A stretch of DNA of 64,000 nt from assembly GCA_964016885.1 (NCBI GenBank), contig OZ024740.1, positions 364,374,001 through 364,438,000 on the forward strand, in the 5' to 3' direction. The translations under genes and the position numbers were made by a program. Shown here piece by piece: positions 23,676 to 38,117 of this stretch. Source of the stretch: Eledone cirrhosa. Its lineage: Eukaryota. Position 1 is the first letter of the stretch, and each line of letters opens with the position of its first letter. A model generated the notes under the pieces. It saw only the letters and a program-made list of their open reading frames with translations. It was not told the DNA's origin and made no database searches.

Positions 23676-25355
23676 TATTGAAGAATACTGTAGCTTTATA
23701 ATGTGTATTAAAGAACACTATTACTTTATAAAACATAATTTCTATTATAAGTAATGATTTCATTATTTAATGAAATAGTTGGAATCAAAAACAATGCTTC
23801 CATTCTGCTTTGCTTCTACCATCTTTGATTCTGATGTAATCAGCCTTTAATTCAAATAGATTTATATATATACTCACTAACTATCCAGCAACATTGTTTT
23901 TGTCTATATTTATTTTCACTAATGTACATATCTGACACATTATATCTCTTCTTTTAAATACATGCTTCAGAGCCTTATTTAATTATTGCTAAATAGTTAA
24001 CAGTGTAGGTCAGATTCTACTAATTAAATTTTTAATAACAAGTATTTATTCTTAACAGTTTTGATGCCAACACATCCAAAACTACCTCTGTTTTCTATGA
24101 AAAAAAAAAAAAAAAGACCATTTTAAAGGGTTCCTATTCTAAATTTAAATCTTCCAACATAATTTAATATTAGAACCTATTAAGTTAATTTACATATACC
24201 ATCTTAATGAAATAGTTAATAATTATAGTAAATTTTCCCAAATTCTTCATTAATTAAATAAAATACAATGTATTTCATTAGATCCAAGGTCACAAAATGG
24301 TTTTAAAACATTGTTACCAAGCTTACTGGTGGGCTTTGTTTGAAGAAAACAACAACAACAAAAAAACTATTATTTATTTATTTGTTTCCTTTCAGTTTAA
24401 TAACACTATATAAAGACATAAGTATAGTAATTGCGGTTTTAGAGATTCTGGCATTTTGCCAGCTAGGTGAACTGGAGTAACCTGAAATAAAGTGTCTTGC
24501 TGAAAGACACAATGTGCCACTGGGAATCAAATGAACTGAACACTTTAACCATTAAAATACACACCATTACAAGAAATATGGTAACAAAAGGGGTAAGATA
24601 GTAAAAAAGTTGTTGACAATCAACTGGAACAGTTTACTGTAGTCATCCTCTTCTATGCCATTATTTTCTTCTTGCATGGTTGATTAGATAAGGACAGAGA
24701 ATAGATATGGTTAAACCCTATTGACTTGTGTGGAAGGGAAAGCTGGAGTTGTTATGTTAGTGTTTTTCCCAGGGGGTGATGATAGCTGCATATAAATACA
24801 GTGAAATAGTGGGAATTGAGACTTGTGTTGCAGATACAGTTCACTTGGTGCTTGTTTCCTACTCCATGGCACTCATCACAGTTGGATGGATAGTAAAGTA
24901 TGAGTAAGGGACCCAACTCATCTTCAGAAGGACACCATTTGCCAATTGAAATTGTAACTGGAGAAGATGGGGGTTGGGGTGTGTGTGTGATCATTAGTAG
25001 TCAGTGAGGCATAAAAAAACATTAACATTAGCTTGAGTTCTACAAAGCACCTGTCACTTCCCACTGTCCAACACTTAATGTACCCCACAATTGCTAACTG
25101 AAGAGATTTTTTGTTATAGTAATCCTTTGTTATTAGATCTTTATTACTGTTGTTCCAACACATCTATGTCCATGTTAGTTAGAGGCTCAGTTGATCCAAC
25201 GACTGAATGCTCATTGCTGAAACTGATGAAGGATTTATTAACCATATTTAGTGGAGCATTCAGTTGATAACTGACTGAATGCTTGATATTGAAATAGGCA
25301 GAAGATCTGTCTTGTCTATGCTAGTTTTCTACCTCCTGTCACCAACTGCTCTTAC

Positions 25356-25468
25356 GTTGCTGTCTTCACTGCTCTGTATTCTGAGATCCAGGATTTATTG
25401 GCGGGTGATTGATCTGTGATTCTAGAGCTTGGGCCAAGAAACATTTTAATCTGAACCGCTGTTGTTAG
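25356..25468 (-). other. Candidate 113-nt exon of an unidentified minus-strand transcript
   Basis: Minus strand: long U-tract acceptor ending ATAG, donor AAC|GTAAGA, and one open frame LTTAVQIKMFLGPSSRITDQSPANKSWISEYRAVKTA. No homology recognised. Confidence 0.3.
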
Positions 25469-26179
25469 CTATAAAAAAAAAAGGTGAAATTGAAACTATT
25501 GATGCTGCATAATTTATTATAAACAAAAATACATTCAAGAAAACATGAATTTAGTTAACATTTTTCTTACTTGGTGTGATTTTTGGTTTTGAATCTTATC
25601 TGAAATTGCTTCAGGTCATAAGTCGTACTTTTATATTCATACAAGATTGCAGATTTAATAAAATAAAATAAAATGATAAATTTCCAAGCATCTAAGAACT
25701 ACTTGAGATAGGTTAGAGTCACAGGTTTTTGACTTCTGCTCTAATCTAGATATCCTTTCCAAGTTTTAGTAGAATCTTTGTTTAAATTTCTTGACCTTTT
25801 TGGAAAGTTACAGACCTTTGACCATATTTCTAATGAAAGACATTGCCTATAATTTTTAATTAATTTTGAAAATAAACAAGTATTTTAAGTAATATGACTA
25901 ATTTTCTCATTATTTAGTTTGTGTTTGGAGTATAATTTAACAAAGGTTCTTACATAAAATTATGATGGCAGGTTTTTAGTGAATATAAACACTTTAAAAT
26001 AAACATCTTAGTATTGTAGAACCTGGAGTGATTTCGGGTGGTTTGCTATCAAAATGATTAAATGACAGAATGTTGTTATGTGGAGGCCCAATCTTTTCCT
26101 CATTTTCTTATTCTTATATATATATTTTCTAATCTTGATATGGTTTTTCAGCTTCATAGTAACTAGAATCAATTTGAAT

Positions 26180-26654
26180 TACCATATATAGTCAAATATA
26201 AGCTGACCCTTAATTTATGTGAGAAATAGGCAAAAATCTAAACCCTGTTTATAAACTGAGGTAGGTAATCAATACATTATGATATGGTTTTGAAATTCTC
26301 ATTTTAATATTTTGATATCTAAAATGTTCTATGTGTTGTTTAGAGTATAGTTTTTGTTTCACAACTACATTGCATAATGATTTTTTTTTACCAATTTCCA
26401 ACTGTTTTGAAGGCAATATTCATTCAAAACATCAAAAACAATGGGAAATATGAATTTCCCATTGAAAGTAAAATCGGTGTAATATCCATCTCCAAAGCGA
26501 AAATATTTTAATACCTCATTTACATAGAATTTTGAAGTTGGTGAAAATCGGCAATAATATTGAAATCGAATATGTCACCCCTTCCCCTCATTTTACCATT
26601 GATTTTGGTTTTTTTTGGTCACATATTTCTCAGCTTATACACGTACATATGGTA
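26180..26654. mobile_element. pogo/Tc2-like MITE, shorter relative of 13091
   Basis: TACCATATATAGTCAAATATAAGCTGA ... TCAGCTTATACACGTACATATGGTA. Confidence 0.65.
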
Positions 26655-27599
26655 GTTACATGGTGCATAGCTAATAAACTCTTTTGATACCATTCTGTGT
26701 AAAATTGCCATTGGTTATGTGAAACTATTTGTTTTAAAATGTTTATATTTATCTAAAAATCTTCAATTATATGTTTATGTAAGAACCTTTATTAAGTTAT
26801 ATTCCAAACACCAACTTAATTATGAAAAAGTTATTTTATTAAATCCCTCCAGATTCTTGATTATTTTCAAAATTAATTGAAAATCGTAGGCAGTGTCTTT
26901 TATTAGGATTAGGCTAACAAGAGGGTTAAAATTGTATATTGCTAGGAAAACACATATAGTGACTTTTACTCTTTATTCACAGTTAAAAACATTCACGCTA
27001 ACAATTCTCAATAACTTCACACAGTTTGTTTGCATTGTTATTGAAGCCCAGAGTGTACTATTATAAAAGCTGAGTTTCCAGAAACTACTTTATTAGTGAA
27101 AGCCTACTGAGCATATAGAAAGCCCAAGTACAGCCAACATTCAAACACTAATGATACCACAGTTTAAATTACATTAGAATGATATATTAACAAAATAATC
27201 ACCCAGGAGGCTAAACTCTATTTGCCAACACTTCTTTAACACTCATTACCATTTTTCCAATGAAATACACTCACTATGTAGTTCTATTAATTTTGAAGTA
27301 TTTAGTAAAACAACTGATGTTTTCATTAGTAATATGGTATTTGGAACATATCTTAACCAAAGGTTCTCATATGAAAATATGGTAGAATGTTCTATTTGAA
27401 GTATGAAAAGTTTATTAAATTAGGGATTTTGTAACATAGTACTGGGTGGTTCTCAGGCAGATTCGTGTGAAAAGGGCTAATCTCCTGAGAGCTAGTGCTT
27501 GTCTCAGATTTCATGTTGTAAAGTAGATGAGAGAAAATACCTCCCTTTGAATAAGACATAGTCAACCATAAGAACCATCCTCAGATAATCTGCTACTTA

Positions 27600-28666
27600 C
27601 GAAAATTGATTGAGTAAAGTAAGCCACATAGAATAAAGGCTGAGCAGAGAGATTTAGAGATATCTCAAGTTTTAAAAGTTGCTAGATCTTTCGTCTACAA
27701 AGTTCGTAAGGAGTTAGAGACTGAAGATAGAAATGTATCAGCAGTATCAGAGTGTAAAAAGCATTCCTAATGCCCTGACATCATCAGAACACCTGAATTT
27801 ATCCAGCAAGTTCTGCAGACCATTGATGACAATCCCAGAAAATCCATGAGGTCACTTGCAAATGATTTCCATGTCAGAAGGAACAATCAGAAATGTTGTT
27901 TACGATGACATCAGATATGTCTTATGTAGTGATGAAAGGTCAGTTTATGTTAGAAAAAAAAGAAAAGAAAATCACTTAATCAGATCTAAAAGACTCTTAA
28001 ACAAACTTAAAAATCCAGCAGAAGGTGTGATTTGGTTTTCTCAGACGATAAAAACTTAACAAAAGAAATGACAGATGGTTATGTGCAGACCCTTCTGAAC
28101 ATTTCCTGCACCTGTCATGGTTTTGGGGGTTGTCAGCAAGGAAGGACATGTGGTACCTCCTCACTTCTTTCCACAAGGCCTTAAGAGTTAACTCTGCTGC
28201 CTATACTGAGGTCCTGGAAACAGTTGTTTTCAGCAAGACATTGCATGCACCATCACACAAGGCTCAAGTAACACAGGAATAGAAGGCTGGAAATTTTCAT
28301 GATCACATAACCCCTAACATTTGGCTTCCTAACTCCCCAGATCTCAATCCATTGGACTAATATATGTAAAGCGTTGTTGAGCGAAAGGTCAATGAACACT
28401 CCCATAACACCAGATTCTTTGAAAGCCACCATAGTCAGAGTAATGTCCAATATGAACCAGGACCATTTAATTCGAGCATGTAGACAATTTCTATCTCACA
28501 TAGAAGCAGTTATTGAAGCCGAAGGTGGCTTGTTGAATAGAATTATAAAAAAGATGATTTACTTTTATACATATAGCAATTTTATCAATAATTAAGTTAT
28601 TATTTGTTATTATACATCTGTTTTTCTATAAACATTAATCTGTCCCCAAATACCTTACGCACCCTG
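27600..28666 (+). pseudogene. Decayed Tc1/mariner-superfamily transposase, DD37D (maT)-like
   Basis: Remnants DDNPRKSMRSLA, WFS.D, VMVLGVVSKEGH, FQQD and WLPNSPDLNPLD; second and third D codons are 118 nt apart, or 114 nt (D37D) after removing an apparent TGCA duplication; right end CGCACCCTG. Confidence 0.8.
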
Positions 28667-29624
28667 TGTGTGTTTATGGAAGACTGTATGATCGAACCCA
28701 TGTATTATGTCTGATAATATACAGTTCTATAACTGCTGTAGATCAGTCAATGTATCGATATGATCAACCCTCCGAAGCGATCGTAAAACAATGAATGAGA
28801 CATGTAAAATAACTTGCCTTGTTTTCATTGTTAAAAAAAAACTATTATATAAGATATCAGACTCTGTATCTAAAAGATTGACTCGGTGAAATACGAACCT
28901 ATGATTTACGTACCTAATATCCAGTGGAACTAATCACAGGATCTCACTGAATTACATTCTGATGGATTACATTGAGTTTTAGCTAAGGTAGAGACTCTAC
29001 CGCGAAATGTAGAGCACATTGAATTGTGTGTGTGTAATAGGGAGACAGAAATGTATGTGTGTATTATGCTCAAAGTACTGGGTTTGATAGGTTTATTGAC
29101 ACCAGTAAAAGAATATTCATCTCCCATTATATTTCCATATCATTATATCGGACGAAATAACTTGCAATATTTAGTTACGACCTTTCACATCCCGGGTTCA
29201 AATCTCGATGAGGTCAACATCGCTATTTCATCCTTCCGGGATCAATAAAATACCATCCAGTGAAGTACTACTGATTTAATCGATTACACACTCCTCCCCC
29301 TCTCTCCAAATATGTGTGGTCTTGTGCCAATAGTAGTGATCAATATGGTTACGCTTCAGTGGTTATATTTTAGTGGGTTGGTTTATATTTTATTTTCATT
29401 CACACATGGGTGCACACGGAGGAGCCACTATCACAAAATATAGTCATTGGAATGTCTAGTGCTGCATGCATGCATGCGTGTAGCATATATACATAGAAGC
29501 CCGTGTGCACACGTACACACACATTCCAAATTAGATGATGTGAGGAAAAAATGTCAAACACACAGACACATGCACACACACATACATGCACACACACAGA
29601 TATTTATATATATATATATATACA

Positions 29625-29706
29625 CAGGGTGTCCCCACCAAAATGTATACACACTTCAACAGCATTCTAATAAAAGTGTATATACATTTTTGGGGGGGAC
29701 ACTGTA
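29625..29706. mobile_element. ~80-bp Tc1/mariner-type mini-MITE hairpin
   Basis: CAGGGTGTCCCC..AAAATGTATA / TATACATTTT..GGGGACACTG-TA; a related element lies at 35089..35156. Confidence 0.65.
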
Positions 29707-29707
29707 T

Positions 29708-29765
<58 letters not shown>

Positions 29766-30360
29766 GACACACAGTGGTACAAAAGAAAAGGTCAAGCTTC
29801 ATAAAGATTAAACTATGCTGCTGACCTGAAAAGAAAAGACAAAAAAAAACGAAAAAGAAATAGGTTTTCTGCCCACCAAGAGATGTATGGTATGTGAAGA
29901 CTTGTATGTATGTATGTGAAGATGGATGTATACATGCTTATATGTATTATACATCTTTCCCCTCAGGCTGATTTTGTTTTTTATATAAAAAGGGAGACAT
30001 TGAACAATTAGGAGGAGGAATGGTTAGAACTAGAGAGAAGTTAGATGAAGTGAAATAGCCAGAGTTAAGATTTAAAGATAGTGTGATGTTGGTAGTGGTA
30101 GTAGTAGTGGTGGTGGCAGAAGTAGTGGTGTTAGTGGTGGTAGTAGTAGTACTGATTGTGTGGTGGTGGTGGTGGTGGTATTGGTGTCAGTAGCTATAGT
30201 ACTGAATTACTTGTTCTGTGGCTATAAATATATTCCTATGACTAGACTAGAGAGAGGAGCTTACAGGAGTAACTGTTATAGCACCTCTCTCTCTTTTTGT
30301 ATATATATACATACAGTGTGTGTACATACACACACACACACATATATATAGTGTGTGTAT

Positions 30361-30403
<43 letters not shown>

Positions 30404-30407
<4 letters not shown>

Positions 30408-30466
30408 CCTCTTTCACAAGCTCTCTCATATATATATATATATATACCTCTTTCACAAGCTCTCTC

Positions 30467-30524
<58 letters not shown>

Positions 30525-30560
30525 CTTTCACAAGCTCTCTCCTTTATATATATATATATT
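30404..30560. repeat. Three copies of TACCTCTTTCACAAGCTCTCTC separated by (TA)n
   Basis: Seen directly. Confidence 0.85.
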
Positions 30561-31482
30561 TATTCTCTCCTGCTATCTATATATAAAAATACACCGCTAT
30601 TCTTTCCTGCAAATGTAGTATAGCACCACCATTCCAATCACCCCCTCCCCCGACCTCGCTGCATCTTTAAGTTTGTTTTCTTTTAGTTCATTGAGTGGAG
30701 TAGTTTTTTTTTACTTTGGGGAGCGGAGGGGGGGGGGGTTCTGTGTTTTTTTTATAACTCTGTCACTCTCTTTCTCTCCTATGTTTTATTTTGTAAGATT
30801 GCCCCCCCCCCCCCGTCCTTCCTTCTGTCTCACTGCTGCATAGTAAGAGAGAGATTGTTATACTGAGCGATTGTAAACTTATCTCTTAACTGCCAACACA
30901 ACACCACTAGCCAGGTCTGATTATTTTTTTCTTCCTCTCTCTTTCTCTCTCTCTGTATATCACACCGCGTGCACGTGCGTGTGTGTGAAACGTAACATCT
31001 CTTCTGACACCTTTCCATTTCTTTTTAGTTATTTTTGTTTACTATATATATATGTATGTATGTGTGTGTGTGTGTGTATATATATATATTTAAAAATTAA
31101 AAGATTATTATTTATATAGAGAGAGAAAGGACCATGTATCGAAGAGAATACACAATATTTTGTATATATACAAAGGGGAATATATATATATATCTTTCTC
31201 TCTTGGTTCGCATGTTGGATTCAGAATCATAAGGTTACGGGTTCGATTCTTGGCCAGTGTTGTGCATCGTGTTCTTGGGCGAAACACTGCATTTCATGTT
31301 TTTCATGATATGACTGGGTCCCTATCTATCATTAAACTTCCAGAGAAACCTCCTTTCAGATACAACCCCATATAAACCTACATATATGTGAGGTATAACA
31401 ACATACATACTGGGTTGGTGTGATTGGAATACGCATCTCATTAAAACTCTCAAGAAACCTTTCAGATACAACCCTGTAGAAG

Positions 31483-31667
31483 CAGACCTGTCAACTCTTC
31501 CCGCCCGACGGGGAGTTCTCTCAGTGGGTGAGAGATATCTATTCTTGTGAAATGGGTATAGCTTTCATTATGTAAAATCTCCCCCATTTTGCTTCACTTC
31601 TCCCTGTTTTGGGGCACTTTTTTTTCATGGTACTCTCCGTTTGGGTTTTTAGAGGTTGACAGGTCTG
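31483..31667. mobile_element. hAT-like MITE with 13-bp TIRs
   Basis: Perfect inverted termini CAGACCTGTCAAC / GTTGACAGGTCTG; no clear TSD. Confidence 0.65.
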
Positions 31668-33911
31668 TAAGGCCAGTAGTTAAACCTACCTAAGTGTGAG
31701 CTGTAAATTTCATTATATCTTTTTCTGTTTTCACTTCATGATAAACATCCAGCAACATGTTTTACTCCCACTGTCTCTTTAGTTTTTACATTGGTTTCCT
31801 GTTATTAAAGTTCTTCGTAGTTTATTTACTTTGTATTCTGAACCAGAAACTTTAAATAAGTCTCATTTCTTCAGCAGTTGTCTGTGAATTCCTTCCATGT
31901 ACTTAGGAGACAACACTTCGTGTTTTTTTTTTCTTCATAAAAACATGTGACAAGGAAATCGGTTGATTGCCTTTTAATCTTCTGAGCTCATTAAATTAAA
32001 CTCACAAGCAAGTTATTATTAATAAACATTGAATATGGACAAAGTCCCCACTGGACACAAAAAAAAAAAAACACCGACAAATCTTCACTCCTACCGAACA
32101 AAATTTCACATTAAAAATAAAAGGGTAAAAAAATAAAACAAAATCTCTCTATAGTTAACATTATGAAATGTATTTTACCTGGTAAAGGATAACTTTAAAA
32201 TGTATATTCAAATTCTGTATAATTTTTACTATGTGAGGATTTTGTTTGATTGGTAGGACGGAGAATTTGGTTAGACACGCATACAAGTTAACATAAAACA
32301 AATATGTAAATATTTTTAACCTGCTCTCAAGTCTTCAATACCCCCCCCCCCCCCCTACATTTCCAGATCCCCCCCCCACATTTCCAGATCCCCCCCACAT
32401 TTCCAGATCCCCCCCCACCGCTTATTAAATTTTGCTAATCTATCTCCGGTGAAATTTTATTGTAAATGATCCATATTGATGCAGCAGCTGGAGAATCTAA
32501 TAATAATTTTATTTTTCATTAAAAAACATTATATATGACAAAAAAAAACGAAAACAAAACAGCACAAAAAAAATTACGAGAAATCCTATATTTACGAACG
32601 TACACTACACAATTGCCGATTTCCTAACTCTCCGCCCACTTATAAGAATTTAAGCAAATGTTACCCCCCCCCCCCCCCTCCCATTATTTGGGACCCGAGG
32701 ATACTTGATGAAATATATGGAAATATATATTACACACCAGTCTCGGACAGCTTCCAAAAATATAAATGAATATACCAAGCGCTGTGTGGCTCCTTGGGCG
32801 AGTTTCTTCTACCATAGCAGTGGATTAACCAATGCCTTGTGGGTGGAATTTGGTAGACAGAAACAGCAGAAGCCTGTCGCGCGCCCGTGTGGCAGTTTTC
32901 TTCTACTATGGGTTCGGATTCACAATGCCTGTGAGTGAAATCTGGTAGACAGAATCAGCAGAAGTCTATTATGTGTGACACAAAAAGGTATCAATAAAAT
33001 AAGTACCAGACTTGGGAGGGTGGGGGTTCTTGGCTAAATCAAGGCGGTAATCATTGCAGCAGTCAATGATTACGGAAGCCAGTAAAAGAATTATCAATTT
33101 AAAATAAAATAAGAAAAATTGAGCAAATTCAAAGAAAATTAAATAACATTAAAAATACTGGTTGTATTAATAGATCCTACTAGTTCCCTATAAATTTGTA
33201 TTTGTATTCTATTTTTTTTTTTTTTTTTTTACTGATTTCAGTTATTAGACTGCGGCCATGTTGGAGCACCACCATTTTAGTCGATCATATTACACCCCCC
33301 CCCCTCTCCCGCACGGCAGAGATGATAAATGAGGATTGTCAACATGTGATACTAAAAAGACACTCCTACAACATTATTTTACTGGTTGCAGTCATTACAC
33401 TGTGGCTATGCCTTGATTCAGCGCTTATTTTATTGTCAAACTGCTAAGTTATGGGACATCAACACAGATGTTCATACATACACATGCATGATGGGTTTCT
33501 GTAGTTTCTGCCTACCAACTTCCACCAACAAATCTTTTTATTTGCACTCTTGTTACCATATCCCTCTAATTAAATGCACTGTTTAAATTAATTTTGACAT
33601 TAAATCAAAAGTTTGGAGTTATTTCATGAAATAACTAACTTCTTAATTAGTCGGCTGATATAACATCCATGAGCTTAGCTGGTTTTACTTGGGGATCCAA
33701 CCAAATCAATTGGAGACTGTGGTTGCTTCTGATAGGACCTACTGGAAAGCGTGTTTGAGGACTCTATCCCTACTACCCTCCCAGGAATATGTGACCATAA
33801 AAGAAGTAAAAGAAAATATTTAGAATATTACTTAAACATTTCTTAAAGAAAGTAGTGGTGGAAGGTTTTAATATAGGTATGAACAATTTAAAATGGGTAA
33901 ATTTGTATCAT

Positions 33912-34140
33912 TTAACCCTTTAGCATTTAAACCAGCCACATCTGGCCATAATTCTCTCACATCTTTCTGTCCAAACCGGTTGTAACTGGCCACTCATGCT
34001 GACGTTAAGGTATTGTTTTCAAAATAAATATCAAAATCCTGTAGATTCGATATAATGTGAGATAATCATGTAAGATAAAAGCCTTTACCACAACAATACA
34101 ATAGTATATATAGCGAGCAATGTAAATGATAAAGGGTTAA
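33912..34140 (-). mobile_element. piggyBac-type MITE family 1
   Basis: TTAACCCTTTAGCATTTA ... TAAATGATAAAGGGTTAA. Confidence 0.82.
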
Positions 34141-35051
34141 ACCATGGATGGAACTTTCAGACTGATTCATATTAAATGGGTTGAAGTTAGAAATAGCAGT
34201 AGTATCTACAGTTATCCTCAATGTCAAGCAGTTTCTGGTGTTGATTGAATCTACCGTTGTGGTTTGTGGTTGTATCAGTAACTTGGTATTCAGTGTACTA
34301 ATGGCCCTAAACCTTTTCACCACAGAGTTTCCCATTCATTCAACCTTTTTATACCAAACTGTCTGGAACCACCATTGTTTCTGTGATAGAAAATTGTTTT
34401 TTTTTAAGTGTTTATATTTATCTAAAAACCTTCCATCGAAAATTTTATTTTAGGATAAACATCAACTTAATAATGAAAAAGTTAGTTATATTACTAAATC
34501 CCTTTAAATTCTTGATTAATTTCAAAATTTCATTAGAAATATGGAACAAAATGGTTAAATGAAGTTTTCCATCGGTATCATGCGTTTGAAGAGTCTATCT
34601 ACTCAACCAGCTCATGTATTTATGTTTGTATATGTTTGTATGTAACTGTGTGTAGCCAATTTAGAATAAAGGTACACCATATCCCTGCGAGTCAAAAAGT
34701 GACTAAAAGGGATTGTGTTAGGATAGACATCAGGCTGCAAAACATTACCTCAAAAAGTCTCATCCAACCCATATCGGGCATGGAAAATTCAACTTAAAAA
34801 TGATGATGTATGTGTAGGTATGTGTGTATGTGTGTGTGTTGGGTTCAATAGGAGATAACCACAATTAGAGAGGTATTCAATACAATAGTAGACCTTTACA
34901 TTTATCTGTGTGCTTGTATTACTGTGAACATATCTAAAAATATTTTATTTTTAAAGAATCACTGTTTTACAAGAACAGCCAGCTTTCCTGATGATTTCTT
35001 TTGAATGAAATAGTTCTAGTCCTCTAGAAGCCATTTCTATATTAAACCTGA

Positions 35052-35090
<39 letters not shown>

Positions 35091-35154
35091 GTCCCAAAAA
35101 ATGACCACACCATTTTAATAAATATTGCCTGTATATTTTTTTGGGGGGACACCC

Positions 35155-35206
<52 letters not shown>

Positions 35207-35239
35207 TATATATACATATATATATATATACATATATAT

Positions 35240-35508
35240 GGTGGCTGCCAACTCGTTTTCAAGTACGGCCACTACTTTATATCCATGTAGGAGAACCCCT
35301 ACCGATGCGCTGAACGAGTGACTTTTTAGTCCAGCCAGTGACTTGAAAACTCTGGTGCAAACACTACACCTGTGACAGTTATTGACACACAGTGCTGGGC
35401 CCATGGTACCATGTGACGACAAGTGCAGAGAGATTTCCAGATATAAAGCAATGCCTGTGCCGTGAAGCTTTTATAGTGAGCAAAGGCACTGCACAAAGCC
35501 AGTCCCAC
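35240..35508 (-). pseudogene. RTE-BovB-like 3' end with C2H2 finger, embedded in (TA)n
   Basis: Minus strand reads [19 protein letters not shown]; long TA arrays on both sides. Confidence 0.55.
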
Positions 35509-36093
<585 letters not shown>

Positions 36094-36927
36094 GGAACCA
36101 GTAAGACCCCGACAGCTGAGCTCAAGCCGTTTCGACATACACAGATATATACACATAGATACATATATAAGTATGTATGTGTAGACTGCTGTTTTTTTTC
36201 CATTTGAAGCCATGAAGTAAGGGGTGGGTGGGGTGTGATAATAATCAGCAAGCTGAAGAAGAATACAAGAAGAGAAAACAAGCTCTAATTAGAATGGAAT
36301 GGTTAACTATTGTGTATGAATTCTTAATTACAGGGTATTTTCACTGGAAGAATCACAGGCAATTGAAGAAGTTGTCATTATTCAGTTATACTTCTAGTAA
36401 TGATTTCTCTTTTACTGAATTTAATAGTTGACATTATTCTGAAGAATGGGTGATTGTTGTATCTTTGTTTCAATATGTTTTTAACTCTTAGGCAATGTTT
36501 ATTTAATCTTTCTTTGTATTCCCACCCTGCTTCCATTTTAGAGCATAGTAGTTTTATTTCTATGTTATTGAATTTGCAAGCAGAAGGAAATACACAGTTG
36601 CAGTCCGATGACTGAAGTAAGTAATATAGTAAAAGATTAGATATAGAAGGGAAAATGGACATTGAATGATAATACTGATGATTTTCGGTGGATTGGCAGA
36701 ATCGGTAGAGCGTTGAACAACGTTTTACAGAATACAATTAAGACCTTTTATATTCTGGGATCAAATCCCGTTGATGTTAGCTTTGCCTGTCATCCTTATG
36801 GAGTCAATAAAATAAAGTACCAGTAACTCACTGGGATTCATTTAATAGACTCTCCCAAAGTTTTAAGTTATTGTAAATAAACCTTCATTAAGACTCCTAT
36901 TGTATCCCCCCCCCCCACCACACACAC

Positions 36928-37218
36928 TGAAAATAATTGACGTCAGATTTGCAGCTTTTGTAGGAAATTTATTAGCATATTACAATTGTTTCAATATCGA
37001 TCAGCTCAGGTGTGATCAAGGTGATCAGAGCCTGACTCTTTAACATCTCCACAGATATGTGAGTTTATATGCATATAAACTCACATATCTGAGGAGATGT
37101 CAAAGAAGAGTCAGGCTCTGATCGCCTTGATCACACCTGAGCTCATCGATATTGAAACAATTGTAATATGCTAATAAATTTCCTACAAAAGCTGCAGATC
37201 TGACTTCAATTATTTTCA
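36928..37218. repeat. 291-bp near-perfect palindrome with no spacer
   Basis: Arms 36928-37071 and 37072-37218 centred on ATATG|CATAT; a few substitutions and one 3-nt indel. Confidence 0.95.
37084..37170 (+). ncRNA. Type I minimal hammerhead ribozyme motif (Penelope-like)
   Basis: Stem I CATAT/ATATG; CTGAGGA at 37089-95; stem II GATGTC/GATATT with extended helix (TCAGG/CCTGA, TGATC/GATCA); GAAA at 37154-57; stem III C-AATT-G; predicted cleavage after TA at 37165. Confidence 0.78.
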
Positions 37219-37378
37219 CTATGTCTTCACTTTGCATCATACAGCCGCCTTAAACCTGGAGCATAACCCAATGAAAGACAGACCCCAGTACCACAAGTTA
37301 CTTGCTTAAATAACACACACTCACAAGTTGTGTCAGTGGTGAATCTAGCTCATCTGTGTTACTCAGGCTTAGCCTTAG

Positions 37379-37597
37379 GGTGGTGGATTGGCAGTATCGG
37401 TAAAGCGTCGGACACCATGCTTTGCAGCATAGAGTTACGGCCCTTTATTATCTGAGTTCAAATCCTGCCGAGGTTAACTTTGCCTTTCATCCTTACGGGG
37501 TCGATAAAATAAGTACCAGTCATGCACTGGGGGCGATTTAATCGACTTTCCCCTCCCCCAAAATTGCTGGTCTTGTGCCTATATAAAAAACCATTAT
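37379..37597 (+). mobile_element. Meta-type tRNA SINE (long variant)
   Basis: GAGTTCAAATCC, GCCTTTCATCCTTACGGGGTCGATAAAATAAGTACCAG, and the family tail. Confidence 0.85.
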
Positions 37598-38117
37598 AGA
37601 TCAAAAGTGTATACAACAGTTCTTAACTTTAAACATTAAACCAGGTCTTTTCAAATTTATCTTTCTTGCGGCACCTTTTCATTATTCGTCTTATTTGTTT
37701 CGTGAGGCTAAATTTTATGAGCCTGAGCTAGCGTCATTAAATGTGTGTGTGTGCACTTGTTTCTTTGTGTATGTTCATGTTTCTGTGTATGTGTTTGTTC
37801 TTGTGCTTACTTGTGTGTGTGTGTGCATGTGTTTGCTTTTCTATTTGTGTGAGTGCATGTACATACTTGTGTGTACGTGTGCATGCTTTTCTGTTATATG
37901 CTTGTGCACACATTGTGTGTATGTGTGTATGCATACATGTGCCCACATGCACACACATCTGTAAAGTGTTTGCTAATTAGAGGTGACTGCTGGATGTGTG
38001 GCCAGATCAGGACCAGAGTAGTTTGAGGCAGACAGCTTAAACAGATTAGAAATGCAATTTAAGTGTTCACCAAGTGAAAACGGGAGGGAGAGAGAGAGAG
38101 AGATGGTGTAGAGGTTG

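Noticed and set aside
25185-25312. CTGATGA and GAAA near a hairpin (possible hammerhead)
   Set aside because: The order and pairing of stems I and III do not fit; it looks like a duplicated fragment of a dispersed repeat.
30838-30893. miRNA-like hairpin
   Set aside because: Pairing needs a large asymmetric bulge and many G-U pairs; no match to a miRNA I recognise.
34985-35025. CTGATGA-TTTCTTTTGAAT-GAAA hammerhead-like match
   Set aside because: No stem III closing pair and no stem I complement.
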